NCBI GenBank assembly: GCA_965203445.1
Contig: OZ241883.1
Location: 1,440,001 to 1,504,000, forward strand
From: Candidatus Oxydemutator sp.
Lineage (GTDB): Bacteria > Pseudomonadota > Gammaproteobacteria > Poriferisulfidales > Oxydemutatoraceae
Reading direction: 5' to 3'
Length of the DNA: 64,000 bases
The stretch's first letter is position 1. Every line of letters begins with the position of its first letter. Of the stretch, positions 48,908 through 62,994 are shown in pieces. The position numbers and the translations under genes are program-made. The notes below the pieces were generated by a model. That model saw nothing but the letters and a program-made list of their open reading frames with translations. It made no database searches and was not told the origin of the DNA.

Positions 48908-50224
48908 ATGGATTTTTCGGTTGAAACGGCGGGCGCCCTCGGGCGCAAGTTGCGCATACGCGTGGCCGCCGAAGACGTGCGCAGGCAGGTGGAGCAGCGC
49001 CTGCGCAAATTGTCCAAGAGCGTGCGTCTCGACGGCTTTCGTCCCGGCAAAGCGCCGCTTCAAGTCGTCGAGCAGCGTTTCGGACGCGAGGTCTTCAACG
49101 AGACCGCCTACGATTTGATGCAGTCGCACTATGACCAGGTGTTGCGCGAGGAATCGCTGAAACCGGCGGGTCCCCCGAAGTTCGGCGACGTGCAGGCGCG
49201 CCCGGGCGAGGCCCTGGAGTTCACCGCCGCGGTCGAGATTTACCCCGAGTTCGAGGTCGCGGCGATGGACGACGTCACAATCGAGAAGCCGCACGCCGAG
49301 GTGAGCGAGGCCGACGTGGACGACATGGTCGAGCGCGTGCGCAAGAACCATACCGACTGGAAAACAGTGGCGCGCGCGGCGCGCCGCGGCGACCGCCTGG
49401 TCGTGGACGTCACGCGCCGAGGTGCGAGCGCGGACGCGCCCGGCATCGCCGAGGACGTTGCGCTGGTGGTGGGCGAAGACCGTATCCTGGGCGCCGCCAC
49501 CGAGCAATTCGAAGGCGCGTGCGCGGGCGACGACCGCAGCGTGCGCGCCGCGGGCGACGCCGAGACGGCCGCGGACGGCGTCGGCGAGACCGTCTATAAA
49601 GTCACCGTGAAATCGGTCGAGGAAGCCGTTATTCCCGAATTGGACGAGGCTTTTTTCAAGACCTGCGGCGTCAAGGAAGGCGGCCTGGACGGCTTGCGCG
49701 CGATGTTGCGCGAGGGCATGGAAAACGAACTGCGCACGCGCCTTGCGGCGATGCTGAAGCGGCGCGTGATGGACGCGCTGCTCGGGCAGAATGCATTCGA
49801 GGTACCCGCCGTCATGGTCGCGCGCGAGATCGAAAACCTGCGTCGTGACGCGATGCGTCGCTTTCAGATAAAGGAGGGGGATGAACGACGCCTGCCGGAC
49901 GACCTGTTCGGCGACGAGGCACTGCGGCGCGTGCGCCTGGGCTTGTTGTTGCACCGTTACGCCGAACAGCACGGTATCCGCGCCGACCGTGCCGCCTTCG
50001 AGACCAAGCTTAACGAACTGACCGCCACCTACGAAGATCCCGACGCCGCCAGGAGTTATTACCGTGGCGACGAGCGGATGCGCCTGTCGGTCGAGGCCCT
50101 GGCGGTCGAGGACGGCGTCGTCTCCGACGTGCTCGGCAAGGCGCGGGTGGAGCGCCGGGCCTATTCTTTCGACGCCGTTGTCCGCGCCGGCGCGCACCCG
50201 GAGAAAACCGATGACCCGGCGTAA
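48908..50224 (+). CDS. tig: Trigger factor
   Basis: [10 protein letters not shown] signature; tig-clpP-clpX-lon synteny. Confidence 0.93.
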   Translation: MDFSVETAGALGRKLRIRVAAEDVRRQVEQRLRKLSKSVRLDGFRPGKAPLQVVEQRFGREVFNETAYDLMQSHYDQVLREESLKPAGPPKFGDVQARPGEALEFTAAVEIYPEFEVAAMDDVTIEKPHAEVSEADVDDMVERVRKNHTDWKTVARAARRGDRLVVDVTRRGASADAPGIAEDVALVVGEDRILGAATEQFEGACAGDDRSVRAAGDAETAADGVGETVYKVTVKSVEEAVIPELDEAFFKTCGVKEGGLDGLRAMLREGMENELRTRLAAMLKRRVMDALLGQNAFEVPAVMVAREIENLRRDAMRRFQIKEGDERRLPDDLFGDEALRRVRLGLLLHRYAEQHGIRADRAAFETKLNELTATYEDPDAARSYYRGDERMRLSVEALAVEDGVVSDVLGKARVERRAYSFDAVVRAGAHPEKTDDPA

Positions 50225-50837
50225 CGAGGCGCGCGCCCCCGAGAGCGCGGGCGGCCTGGTTCCGATAGTCGTCGAGCAGACCTCGCGCGGCGAGCGTTCG
50301 TACGACATCTATTCGCGTCTGTTGAAGGAGCGCGTGGTGTTCGTCGTCGGCGCCATCGAGGATCACATGGCGAATCTCGTGGTCGCCCAGATACTGTTTC
50401 TCGAATCGGAGAATCCGGACAAGGACATTTCGCTGTACATCAACTCGCCGGGCGGTTCGGTCACGGCCGGGCTTGCGATCTACGATACGATGCAGTTCGC
50501 AAAACCCGACGTCAGCACCCTGTGCGTCGGCCAGGCGGCGAGCATGGGCGCGTTGCTGCTGGCCGGCGGCGCGCGTGGCAAGCGCTACGCGCTGCCGCAC
50601 ACCAAGGTGCTGATCCACCAGCCGCTGGGCGGTTACCAGGGGCAGGCCAGCGACGTGGACATCCACGCCAGGGAAATCCTGAAAGTGCGCGACCAGGTCA
50701 ACCGCATCTTCGCCGAGCACACCGGCCAGAAGCCGCAGCGGATACGGCGTGACACCGAGCGCGATCACTTCATGGACGCGCAGGAGGCGTGCGCGTACGG
50801 GCTGGTGGACGAAATCCTGAGGCAGCGCGGATCTTGA
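50211..50837 (+). CDS. clpP: ATP-dependent Clp protease proteolytic subunit
   Basis: [28 protein letters not shown]. Confidence 0.97.
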   Translation: MTRRNEARAPESAGGLVPIVVEQTSRGERSYDIYSRLLKERVVFVVGAIEDHMANLVVAQILFLESENPDKDISLYINSPGGSVTAGLAIYDTMQFAKPDVSTLCVGQAASMGALLLAGGARGKRYALPHTKVLIHQPLGGYQGQASDVDIHAREILKVRDQVNRIFAEHTGQKPQRIRRDTERDHFMDAQEACAYGLVDEILRQRGS

Positions 50838-50872
50838 TGGGATAGAATGGGAGCGCGCTTCGGGAGCCGATC

Positions 50873-52126
<1,254 letters not shown>

Positions 52127-52234
52127 CGTCCTTACCATGCGTGCGCCGCTGCGCGTTTTTTGCGGCAATGATTGAAATTTGCGCGCGCAACCCCCATAGT
52201 GTCCGCAGAAACCCTAGCACCCGGGAGGCAGCCC

Positions 52235-54685
<2,451 letters not shown>

Positions 54686-54862
54686 CGCGGGTGGCGGGCG
54701 TCGTCGCCCGCTATTGCTTCCGGTTTTGTTGTAAAATCCGCCCGTCGCAAGCACTTTCGGTTGGCCTCGGACGACGTGTGCGTTCGCGGGCGCTTAAGCC
54801 TACGGAAGTATTCGCGGCCACACCTAACTTTTATCCATACATCCAAGGAGACCAGACAATAA

Positions 54863-55135
54863 ATGAATAAATCCGAGCTAATCGAGTCAGTCGCAAGCAG
54901 TGCAGACATGTCGAAGGCGGAGGCGCAGCGCGCCGTGGAAGCCATGGTAAATTGCATCGCTGGCAGTCTGCGCAAGGGAGAGCAGGTGACCATCGTCGGT
55001 TTCGGCACCTTCCTGGTGCGCCAGCGCGGCGCCCGCACCGGACGCAACCCGCGAACGGGTGAGACCATAAACATTGCCGCCAGCCGGGTGCCTGCCTTCA
55101 AGGCCGGCAAAAGCCTGAAGGAGTCGCTGAACTGA
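54863..55135 (+). CDS. hupB: DNA-binding protein HU
   Basis: MNKSELI, GFGTF, GRNPRTGE. Confidence 0.95.
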   Translation: MNKSELIESVASSADMSKAEAQRAVEAMVNCIAGSLRKGEQVTIVGFGTFLVRQRGARTGRNPRTGETINIAASRVPAFKAGKSLKESLN

Positions 55136-55151
55136 CGTGCCGCCGAGTTCG

Positions 55152-55224
55152 GGGTGCTTGGCTCAGCGGGTAGAGCGCCGCCCTTACAAGGCGGAGGTCG
55201 GGGGTTCGATTCCCTCAGCACCCA
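55152..55224 (+). tRNA. tRNA-Val(TAC)
   Basis: GGGTGCT...AGCACCC-A; anticodon TAC; followed by CCG rather than CCA. Confidence 0.93.
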
Positions 55225-55236
55225 CCGGAAATTTCA

Positions 55237-55313
55237 GGAGTGGTAGTTCAGCTGGTTAGAATACCGGCCTGTCACGCCGGGGGTCGCGGGTTCGAGTCCC
55301 GTCCACTCCGCCA
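55237..55313 (+). tRNA. tRNA-Asp(GTC)
   Basis: GGAGTGG...CCACTCC-GCCA; anticodon GTC. Confidence 0.96.
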
Positions 55314-55361
55314 CTTGTCTCACGGCTGCCTGGCGCCTGTGGCGCATAGACGCTTATAATG

Positions 55362-55396
55362 ACGGGGGCCGGCCGACTGGCCGGCCCCCGTTTTTT
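55362..55396 (+). terminator. Intrinsic terminator after tRNA pair
   Basis: ACGGGGGCCGGCC-GACT-GGCCGGCCCCCGT followed by a T run. Confidence 0.8.
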
Positions 55397-55407
55397 ACGC
55401 AAGGAAC

Positions 55408-57297
55408 ATGCTTCTAAGTATACGAGAAAAAGCCACCGGTTGGGTCGCCTACGCGATCGTTTTCTTCATCTCCATCCCTTTCGCGCTGTGGGGGATACAG
55501 CAGTATTTCGGTTGGAGCGACGCGCCGATCGTGCTCGAGGTCGGCGACGCCGAGGTCAGCACCGTGCAGCTCGGGCGCGCCTTCGCCCAGCGCAAGCGCG
55601 ACGTCGAGGCCGCGACGCAGGGTGGCGAGATGCCGCCGGACCAGGCTATCTTGTCGCAGGTCGTCGGCGAATACCTGGGCCGGGAATTGTTGACCCAGGC
55701 GATTGTGCACCACGGCTACGAGGTCGCCGACGCGGTGCTGGCGCGGACGATCACGGAGCTGCCGCAGTTCCAGACCGACGGCGTATTCGACGCCCGCAAA
55801 TATACGTCGTTCTTGCAGGCGCAGCGGATTCCGAAGACCGCCTTCGAGGACAACTACCGCGAGCAGCTCAAGCGCGACCAGTTCCTGGACGCGGTGCGTG
55901 TCTCGAGCTTCATCCTCGAGGGCGAGCGGCGGCGCTACGCGGCGCTCTTCAACCAGCAGCGCAAAGTTCGTTACGTGGTCGTCGCCGCCGACAATTTTAT
56001 CGAGCCGGGCAGCGTCGACGACGAGCAGGCGAGGCGGCACTACGACGACAACCGCGATCACTACCGCTCGATGCTGCGGGCGCGCTTTCGCTACGTCGAG
56101 ATCAAGGCCGATGAACTGGTGGACGCCCAGGTCCTCGGCGAGGACGAGATCGCGCAATACTACGAAGCCAACGCCGAGGAATTCTCGTCGCCCGAGCGGC
56201 GGCGCCTGCGCTATATCCTGGTTTCGGACGAGGAACGCGACGCGCCCGAGGTCGCGGCGCGCGTCGAGGAGATCAACGCGCGCCTGGCCGCGGGCGACGA
56301 CTTCGCCGACGTCGCGCGGCGCTATTCCGACGATCCCCTGACCGCCGAGGACGGCGGCGAACTGCCGTGGCTCGGCGTCGAAGACGTCGGCGTCGACGCC
56401 GTGCGCGAGGTGGTCTTCGCGCTGGGCGAGGGCCAGGTGAGCGAGCCGCTTGCCGGCGACGCCGGCGTGCAGATCTTCCAGCTGGCGGAGATCGAACCGT
56501 TCCGGCGGCAGCCGTTGGCCGAGGTGCGCGACGAGCTGGTGCAGTCGCTGAAAACGCAGCGCGCCGAGGAGACGTACTCCGGTCTGGTCAACGAGCTCTC
56601 CAACCTCGCCTATGAGCAAGGCGAGTTGTTCTTCAGGGTACTGACCAGGGAATACGGAAACCTGGTGCGGATCCGCGTGAGCGACTGGCTCGAAGCCGAC
56701 GAAGAGGAGGGACTTTTCGCGTATCCCAGGGCCAAGCAGATCGCGTTGACGCGGCTGGTGGCGGGCGAGGAATACAACAGCGGTCTGGTCGAGGTGGAGC
56801 GCGGCCACGCGCTGTTCTTCGCGCTCGAGGAAAAGATCGATCCGCTGCCGCAGGAATTCGACGCCGTGAGGGAAGACATTATCGCCGGCCTGCTCGCGCG
56901 TCGCGCCGAGCAGGCGGCGCGCGCACGGCGGGATGAATGGCTGGCCACGCTGCGCGCCGGCACCGCGACGCTGGACTCGCTGACCGCGGACGGTGCGTTC
57001 ACGCCGGTGGATGCCGGCTACATACACCGTTTCGACACCGAGCATCCCGCGGCGGTCGTCGAGGTCGCCTTCTTGATGCGGCAATCGCAGGATGCCGCGG
57101 CGTACGACTCGGCGCTGGTCGAGGGCGACGTCGCGATCGTCGAGTTGTCGGGCGTTCGCGTCGGCGATGATCTCGAACCGGAAGCGCTGTCGTACTCCGA
57201 CCGTGAAACGCAGGCCGTGGTCGAAAGCCTGCGCGGCGAGTTCAAGGTCAAGCTCCACCAGGAGCGGTTGCAGGAGTTGCTCGAGGAGTCTTTCTGA
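55408..57297 (+). CDS. ppiD: Periplasmic chaperone PpiD
   Basis: N-terminal TM (IPFALWGI), SurA-N domain, parvulin FADVARRYSDD...GGELPW; synteny after hupB. Confidence 0.9.
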   Translation: MLLSIREKATGWVAYAIVFFISIPFALWGIQQYFGWSDAPIVLEVGDAEVSTVQLGRAFAQRKRDVEAATQGGEMPPDQAILSQVVGEYLGRELLTQAIVHHGYEVADAVLARTITELPQFQTDGVFDARKYTSFLQAQRIPKTAFEDNYREQLKRDQFLDAVRVSSFILEGERRRYAALFNQQRKVRYVVVAADNFIEPGSVDDEQARRHYDDNRDHYRSMLRARFRYVEIKADELVDAQVLGEDEIAQYYEANAEEFSSPERRRLRYILVSDEERDAPEVAARVEEINARLAAGDDFADVARRYSDDPLTAEDGGELPWLGVEDVGVDAVREVVFALGEGQVSEPLAGDAGVQIFQLAEIEPFRRQPLAEVRDELVQSLKTQRAEETYSGLVNELSNLAYEQGELFFRVLTREYGNLVRIRVSDWLEADEEEGLFAYPRAKQIALTRLVAGEEYNSGLVEVERGHALFFALEEKIDPLPQEFDAVREDIIAGLLARRAEQAARARRDEWLATLRAGTATLDSLTADGAFTPVDAGYIHRFDTEHPAAVVEVAFLMRQSQDAAAYDSALVEGDVAIVELSGVRVGDDLEPEALSYSDRETQAVVESLRGEFKVKLHQERLQELLEESF

Positions 57298-57373
57298 GGT
57301 TGCGCGCGCGCCGCGCACGCCGGACGAGAGGCCGCGGCGGCGACGCCGGCGTTTTCTTGAGGAGAATCAGACC

Positions 57374-58663
57374 ATGAAAAAAATTGCGCTGCACTGGCAG
57401 ATCGTCATCGCGCTGGGACTGGCCGTGGTCGTCGGCCTGCCGACGACGCCGCAGACCGAGGTGTTCGGCGTGCGCCTCTACGACGTGCTCGGTTTCTTCG
57501 GGCAGATGTTCATGAACGCGCTGAAGATGATCGTCATCCCGCTGGTGTTCGCCTCGATAGTCACCGGCGTCGCGTCGGTCGCCGGCGAGCGCGGGTTTGC
57601 GCGCCTGGGCACCAAGACCTTCAGCTACTACCTCGCCACCAGCCTGTTCTCGATCATCACCGGCCTCGCGCTGGTCAACGCGATCCAGCCGGGCGCCTTC
57701 TTCACCGGTTCGCCCGACGCGCTCGGCTTGTCCGCCGATACGTCCGAGGTCATGGACAAGGTCGGCGGGCGCGGTTTTGGCGACCTGGTCGGCGTGTTCG
57801 TGCGCATGATACCGGTCAACGTGTTCCAGGCCGCCGCCGAGGGCCAGTTTCTCGCGATCATATTCTTCGCCGTCGTGTTCGGCTACTTCATGGCCAGGGT
57901 GCGCGAGGAATTCGCGTCGCCGCTGGGCGATTTCTGGGAAGCCGTCTATCGGGTGATGATGAAGATCACGCTGTGGGTCATCCGCTTCGCGCCGCTCGGC
58001 GTGTTCGCGCTGGTCGGCAAGGTGGTGATGTCTTCGGGGCTCGAGGTGTTCAAGCTGCTGTTCTGGTTCTTCATCACCGTGTTGGCGGCGCTCGCGGTGC
58101 ATTTCTTCGTCGTGCTGCCGCTGATTTTGCGTTTCGTCGCGCGCCTGAGTCCGCTCGCCTATCTGCGGGCGATGCTGCCGGCGGTGTTGATGGCGTTCTC
58201 GACCGCGTCGTCGTCCTCGACGCTGCCGCTTACGATGAACTGCGCGCGCAACCGCGTCGGCGCGTCGAACCGCGTCAGCGGCTTCGTGCTGCCGCTGGGC
58301 GCCACCGTCAACATGGACGGCACCGCGCTCTACGAATGCGTCGCGGTGCTTTTTATCGCCCAGGTCTATGGCGTGGAGATGTCGCTTGCGACCCAGATCG
58401 TGGTCGTGCTGCTGGCGCTTTTGACCTCGGTCGGCGTCGCCGGCGTGCCCGCGGCCAGCCTCGTCGCGATCACGCTGATCCTGACCGCGGTCGGCCTGCC
58501 GGCCGAGGCGATCGGTCTGATCCTCGCGGTCGACCGCGTGCTCGACATGTGCCGCACCAGCGTCAACGTGTACAGCGACGCCTGCGCCACCGGCGTCGTC
58601 GCGCGCAGCGAAAACGAGGAGTTGCTGAAGCCGGAATTGCTGAAGCCCCAGAGCGCTGCGTGA
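57374..58663 (+). CDS. Dicarboxylate/amino acid:cation symporter (GltP family)
   Basis: [41 protein letters not shown]. Confidence 0.93.
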   Translation: MKKIALHWQIVIALGLAVVVGLPTTPQTEVFGVRLYDVLGFFGQMFMNALKMIVIPLVFASIVTGVASVAGERGFARLGTKTFSYYLATSLFSIITGLALVNAIQPGAFFTGSPDALGLSADTSEVMDKVGGRGFGDLVGVFVRMIPVNVFQAAAEGQFLAIIFFAVVFGYFMARVREEFASPLGDFWEAVYRVMMKITLWVIRFAPLGVFALVGKVVMSSGLEVFKLLFWFFITVLAALAVHFFVVLPLILRFVARLSPLAYLRAMLPAVLMAFSTASSSSTLPLTMNCARNRVGASNRVSGFVLPLGATVNMDGTALYECVAVLFIAQVYGVEMSLATQIVVVLLALLTSVGVAGVPAASLVAITLILTAVGLPAEAIGLILAVDRVLDMCRTSVNVYSDACATGVVARSENEELLKPELLKPQSAA

Positions 58664-58724
58664 CTGCTTCGTGACCGCTTCGGTCTGACCCGCGCCGCCC
58701 GGCCCAGGCGACTCGCGTCGTCGG

Positions 58725-59504
58725 CTATGGCCTGCTCATGCCGAGCAGGTTGTAGCCCGCGTCGACGTGCAGCACCTCGCCGGTGACGCCGCTCGCGTAA
58801 TCCGAGCACAGGAAAGCCGCGGCGTTGCCGACCTCTTCTATCGAGACGTTTCTGCGCAGCGGCGCGTTGCGCTCGACGTGCTCCAACATCCTGCGGAAGT
58901 CGCCGATACCGGCGGCGGCCAGGGTCTTGATCGGCCCCGCCGAGATCGCGTTGACGCGCGTGCCTTCGCGCCCGAGGCAGTCCGCGAGATAACGCACGTT
59001 GGCCTCCAGGCTGGCCTTGGCCAGCCCCATCACGTTGTAGTTGGGCACGACCTTCTCGGCGCCGAAATACGTCAGCGTCAGCAGTGCGCCGCCGTCTTGC
59101 ATCAGCGGCCGCGCGCCGGCGGCGAGCGCCGTGAAGCTATAGCAGCTGGTCTCGTGGGCGGTCGTGAAACCGGCGCGGCTGGCGTTGCCCAGGTAGTCGC
59201 CGCCGAGCTCCTCGCGCGGCGCGTAGGCGATGGAATGTACGACGACGTCGAGCTTCTGCCAGCGCGCGCCGAGCGCCTCGAACAGCGCCGCGATCTGGGC
59301 GTCGTCCTGCACGTCGCAGGGGAGCGTGATGGTCGCGTCGCATTGCGCGGCCAGTTCCTCCACGCGCCCGCGCAGGCGCTCGTTCTGACAGGCAAAGGCG
59401 AGTTCGGCGCCTTCGCGTCGCATTGCCCGCGCGATGCCCCACGCGATGGAGCGGTTGCCGGCGACACCGGTGATCAGCGCGCGTTTTCCTTCCAACAGTT
59501 TCAT
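58725..59504 (-). CDS. fabI: Enoyl-ACP reductase
   Basis: [37 protein letters not shown]. Confidence 0.96.
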   Translation of the reverse strand: MKLLEGKRALITGVAGNRSIAWGIARAMRREGAELAFACQNERLRGRVEELAAQCDATITLPCDVQDDAQIAALFEALGARWQKLDVVVHSIAYAPREELGGDYLGNASRAGFTTAHETSCYSFTALAAGARPLMQDGGALLTLTYFGAEKVVPNYNVMGLAKASLEANVRYLADCLGREGTRVNAISAGPIKTLAAAGIGDFRRMLEHVERNAPLRRNVSIEEVGNAAAFLCSDYASGVTGEVLHVDAGYNLLGMSRP

Positions 59505-59872
59505 GCGGGGGTCTCCCTGGGGTTTCGTGGTTTTGTGGATTTTCCCTCGGCGGCGGGTTCACGGGCCGGGATGGATGGTTGCGCGCCGCCGGAACCACGG
59601 GCCGGCGACGGTTCTCGCGGCGGCGTATTCCCATCATAGCAGACCGCGCAAGCAGCGCAACTATGCGCCCGCAACTATCGGCCCGCGACCATCCGCATAC
59701 GCGGGCGGCGACACAAAGCGGCCGCGCGTTCGGCATGATCCGCCGTTTGTACGCGTTGGTTTTCCCCTGCCGGAATGCTTCCCGCCCACGCGGAAACGAC
59801 ATAGGGAAAAGGCGCGGACGGCGGCGCTACGTGCTGCGGTCGTTCGCCGCCTTTCCTCTATAATGGCGCGCC

Positions 59873-62020
59873 ATGCCCGTCTTTTACCGCATATGCGCCG
59901 CGACCGCGGCGATTCTGTCGCAGGCGTGCGGTGACGGCGCGTGGAACAACCCCTACGCCGACGCCGCCGACGCCAACGTCCTGTATTCGAGCTTTTCCGA
60001 ACGCCCCAAGCACTTCGATCCGGCGCGCTCCTACAGCAGCAACGAGTATGAGGTGCTGGGACAGGTCTATGAACCGGCGCTGCACTACCACTACTTGAAG
60101 CGCCCGTACGAACTGATGCCGTTGACGGCCGCGGCGATGCCGGAAACGACGTACCTGAACGCCGCCGGGCGCACCGTGCGCGACGCCGCCGACGCCGCGT
60201 TCATCGCCTACGAGATCACGCTGCGCCCCGGCGTCCGCTACCAGCCGCACCCGGCGTTCGCCAGAAACGACGACGGCGGCTACCGCTACCGCCCGCTGGC
60301 CGCGGCCGAACTCGACGACTACCACGAGTTGCGCGACTTTGCCGAGACCGACAGCCGAGAGCTGCGCGCCGCGGACTACGCCTACCAGATCAAGCGCCTC
60401 GCCGACCCGGCGCTGCATTCGCCGATTGCGAGCATCCTCGAGGACTACGTCGTCGGTTTCAAGGAGCTGCGCGAGCACCTGGCCGCGGCGCGCCGCGAAT
60501 TGGCGCCGGGCGCGTGGCTTGATCTGCGCGCCTTCGAGATGCGCGGTCTGCGCGTGCTCGACGCGTACCGCTACCGCGTCGTCGTGCGCAGCGACTATCC
60601 GCAATTCATCTATTGGCTGGCGATGCCGTTCTTCGCGCCGATGCCGTGGGAGGCCGACGCCTTTCACGCGCAGCCGGGTTTCGAGGAGCGCAACCTGACG
60701 CTCGACTGGTACCCGGTGGGCAGCGGCGCCTATATGCTGACCGAGAACAATCCGAACGTGCGCATGGTGCTGGAACGCAACCCCAACTTCCGCGGCGCGC
60801 GCTATCCGCACGCGGGCGAGGACGGCGACGCCGCGCGCGGTCTGCTCGCCGACGCCGGCGCGTCGCTGCCGTTCATAGAGCGCGTGGTCTACAGCCTCGA
60901 GAAGGAAAACATCCCGTATTGGAACAAGTTTCTGCAGGGCTACTACGACGCTTCCGGCATCTCCTCGGACAGCTTCGATCAGGCCGTGCAGCTGGGTTCG
61001 GGCGGCGAGTTCGCGCTGACCGACGACATGCGCGAGCGTGGCATCCGCTTGTCGGTGACGTACGCGCCGACCGTGTATTACATCGGCTTCAACATGCTCG
61101 ATCCGGTCGTCGGCGCCGCCGGCGGCGAGCGCGCGCGCAAGCTGCGCCACGCGATCTCGATCGCGATTGATCAGGAGGAGTTCATCTCGATCTTTCTGAA
61201 CGGGCGCGGCGTCGCCGCCCAGGGGCCGCTGCCGCCCGGCATTTTCGGCCACCGCCAAGGCGCCGCCGGCGCCAATCCCGTCGTCTATGACTGGCGCGAC
61301 GGGCGCGCCGTGCGCAAGCCGCCCCAGGCGGCGCGGCGCCTGCTGGCCGAGGCCGGCTACGCGGGCGGCATAGACCGCGACACCGGCAGGCCGCTGGTGC
61401 TGTATTTCGACTCGGTCGGCACCGGCCCCGACGCCAAGGCGTGGCTCAACTGGATGCGCAAGCAGTTTGCGAAGCTGGACGTCCAACTGGTCGTGCGCAG
61501 CACCGACTACAACCGCTTTCAGGACAAGCTGCAAAAGGGCACCGCGCAGATCTTTCGCCTGGGCTGGAACGCCGACTACCCCGACCCGGAGAACTTCTTT
61601 TTTCTGTTCTACGGGCCGAACGCCAAAGTCGCGCACCAGGGCGCCAATTCCTCGAACTACCGGAACCCCGAGTACGACCGCCTGTTCGAGCGCATGCGCA
61701 GCCTGCCGAATTCGCCCGGGCGCCTCGCGGTCATAGACGAGATGCACGAATTGTTGCGCCGCGACGCGCCGTGGATCTGGGGCTTTCACCCCAAGTCCTT
61801 CGTGCTGCACCACGAGTGGCTCGCCAACGCCAAGCCCAATCAGATGGCGCACAACGGCTTGCGCTATCTCAAGCTGGACCCGGCGTTGCGCGCGCGCCGC
61901 CGCGACCAATGGAACCGCCCGCGCATGGGCCCGGTCGTCGGTCTCGCCGGCGCGCTGCTCGCGTTCCTGGCGCCGGCGGTCGTGATCTACCGGCGCCGCC
62001 GGCGCGAGGCCGCGCTGTGA
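59873..62020 (+). CDS. Peptide ABC transporter substrate-binding lipoprotein (family 5)
   Basis: Lipobox-like SQAC, PKHFDPA, PVGSGAY, GWNADYPDPENF. Confidence 0.9.
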   Translation: MPVFYRICAATAAILSQACGDGAWNNPYADAADANVLYSSFSERPKHFDPARSYSSNEYEVLGQVYEPALHYHYLKRPYELMPLTAAAMPETTYLNAAGRTVRDAADAAFIAYEITLRPGVRYQPHPAFARNDDGGYRYRPLAAAELDDYHELRDFAETDSRELRAADYAYQIKRLADPALHSPIASILEDYVVGFKELREHLAAARRELAPGAWLDLRAFEMRGLRVLDAYRYRVVVRSDYPQFIYWLAMPFFAPMPWEADAFHAQPGFEERNLTLDWYPVGSGAYMLTENNPNVRMVLERNPNFRGARYPHAGEDGDAARGLLADAGASLPFIERVVYSLEKENIPYWNKFLQGYYDASGISSDSFDQAVQLGSGGEFALTDDMRERGIRLSVTYAPTVYYIGFNMLDPVVGAAGGERARKLRHAISIAIDQEEFISIFLNGRGVAAQGPLPPGIFGHRQGAAGANPVVYDWRDGRAVRKPPQAARRLLAEAGYAGGIDRDTGRPLVLYFDSVGTGPDAKAWLNWMRKQFAKLDVQLVVRSTDYNRFQDKLQKGTAQIFRLGWNADYPDPENFFFLFYGPNAKVAHQGANSSNYRNPEYDRLFERMRSLPNSPGRLAVIDEMHELLRRDAPWIWGFHPKSFVLHHEWLANAKPNQMAHNGLRYLKLDPALRARRRDQWNRPRMGPVVGLAGALLAFLAPAVVIYRRRRREAAL

Positions 62021-62994
62021 TCGCCTACGTCGTGCGGCGCGCGCTCTACGCGCTGCCGATACTGATCGGCGTCAACGTACTGACGTTCTCGCTGTTCTTC
62101 ATCGTCAACTCGCCCGACGACGTCGCGCGCATGCACCTGGGCCACCGCCACGTGACCCAGGAGCAGGTGGATACGTGGAAGCGCGAGCGCGGCTACGACC
62201 GCCCGTTGTTCTACAACGCCGCCGCCGCCGGCGCCGCGAAACTGTCCGACACGATCTTCTTCGACGAATCGTTGCGCCTGTTCGTGTTCGACTTCGGGCG
62301 TTCCGACAGCGGGCGCGACATCGGCTACGACGTCCGCCAGCGCATGTGGCCGAGCCTCGCGATCGCGGTGCCGACGCTGCTGATCGGTCTGCTGGTCAAT
62401 ATCACCTTCGCGCTGACGATGGTGTTTTTCCGCGCCACCTACGTCGAGTTCTGGTCGGTGATACTGTGCATCGTCGTGATGTCCATATCCGGTCTGTTCT
62501 ACATCATCGGCGGCCAGTACGTGGTCGGCAAACTGCTGAAATTGGTGCCGATCTCGGGCTACGACACCGGTCTTGCGGCGATCCAGTTCGTCGTGTTGCC
62601 GGTGTTCATCGGCGTCGTCTCCGGCATCGGCGCCGGCAGCCGCTGGTACCGGACGATCTTTCTCGAGGAGGCGGGCAAGGACTACGTGCGCACCGCGCGC
62701 GCCAAGGGCCTGGGCGAGTTTACGATACTGTTCCGCCACGTGCTGCCGAACGCGCTGATACCGATCCTGACCGGCGTCGTCGTGATCCTGCCGCTGTTGT
62801 TCATGGGCAGCCTGATCATCGAGTCGTTCTTCGGCATCCCCGGTCTCGGCAGCTACACGATAGACGCGATCGCGCGCGAGGACTTCGCAATCGTGCGCTC
62901 GATGGTGTTCCTCGGATCGGTGCTCTACATCGTCGGCCTGCTGCTGACCGATATTTCGTACACCATCGTCGACCCGCGCGTGAGGCTGGGCTGA
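62017..62994 (+). CDS. Peptide ABC transporter permease (DppB-like)
   Basis: DYVRTARAKGL, HVLPNALIP, IESFFGIPGLG, DPRVR. Confidence 0.92.
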   Translation: MIAYVVRRALYALPILIGVNVLTFSLFFIVNSPDDVARMHLGHRHVTQEQVDTWKRERGYDRPLFYNAAAAGAAKLSDTIFFDESLRLFVFDFGRSDSGRDIGYDVRQRMWPSLAIAVPTLLIGLLVNITFALTMVFFRATYVEFWSVILCIVVMSISGLFYIIGGQYVVGKLLKLVPISGYDTGLAAIQFVVLPVFIGVVSGIGAGSRWYRTIFLEEAGKDYVRTARAKGLGEFTILFRHVLPNALIPILTGVVVILPLLFMGSLIIESFFGIPGLGSYTIDAIAREDFAIVRSMVFLGSVLYIVGLLLTDISYTIVDPRVRLG

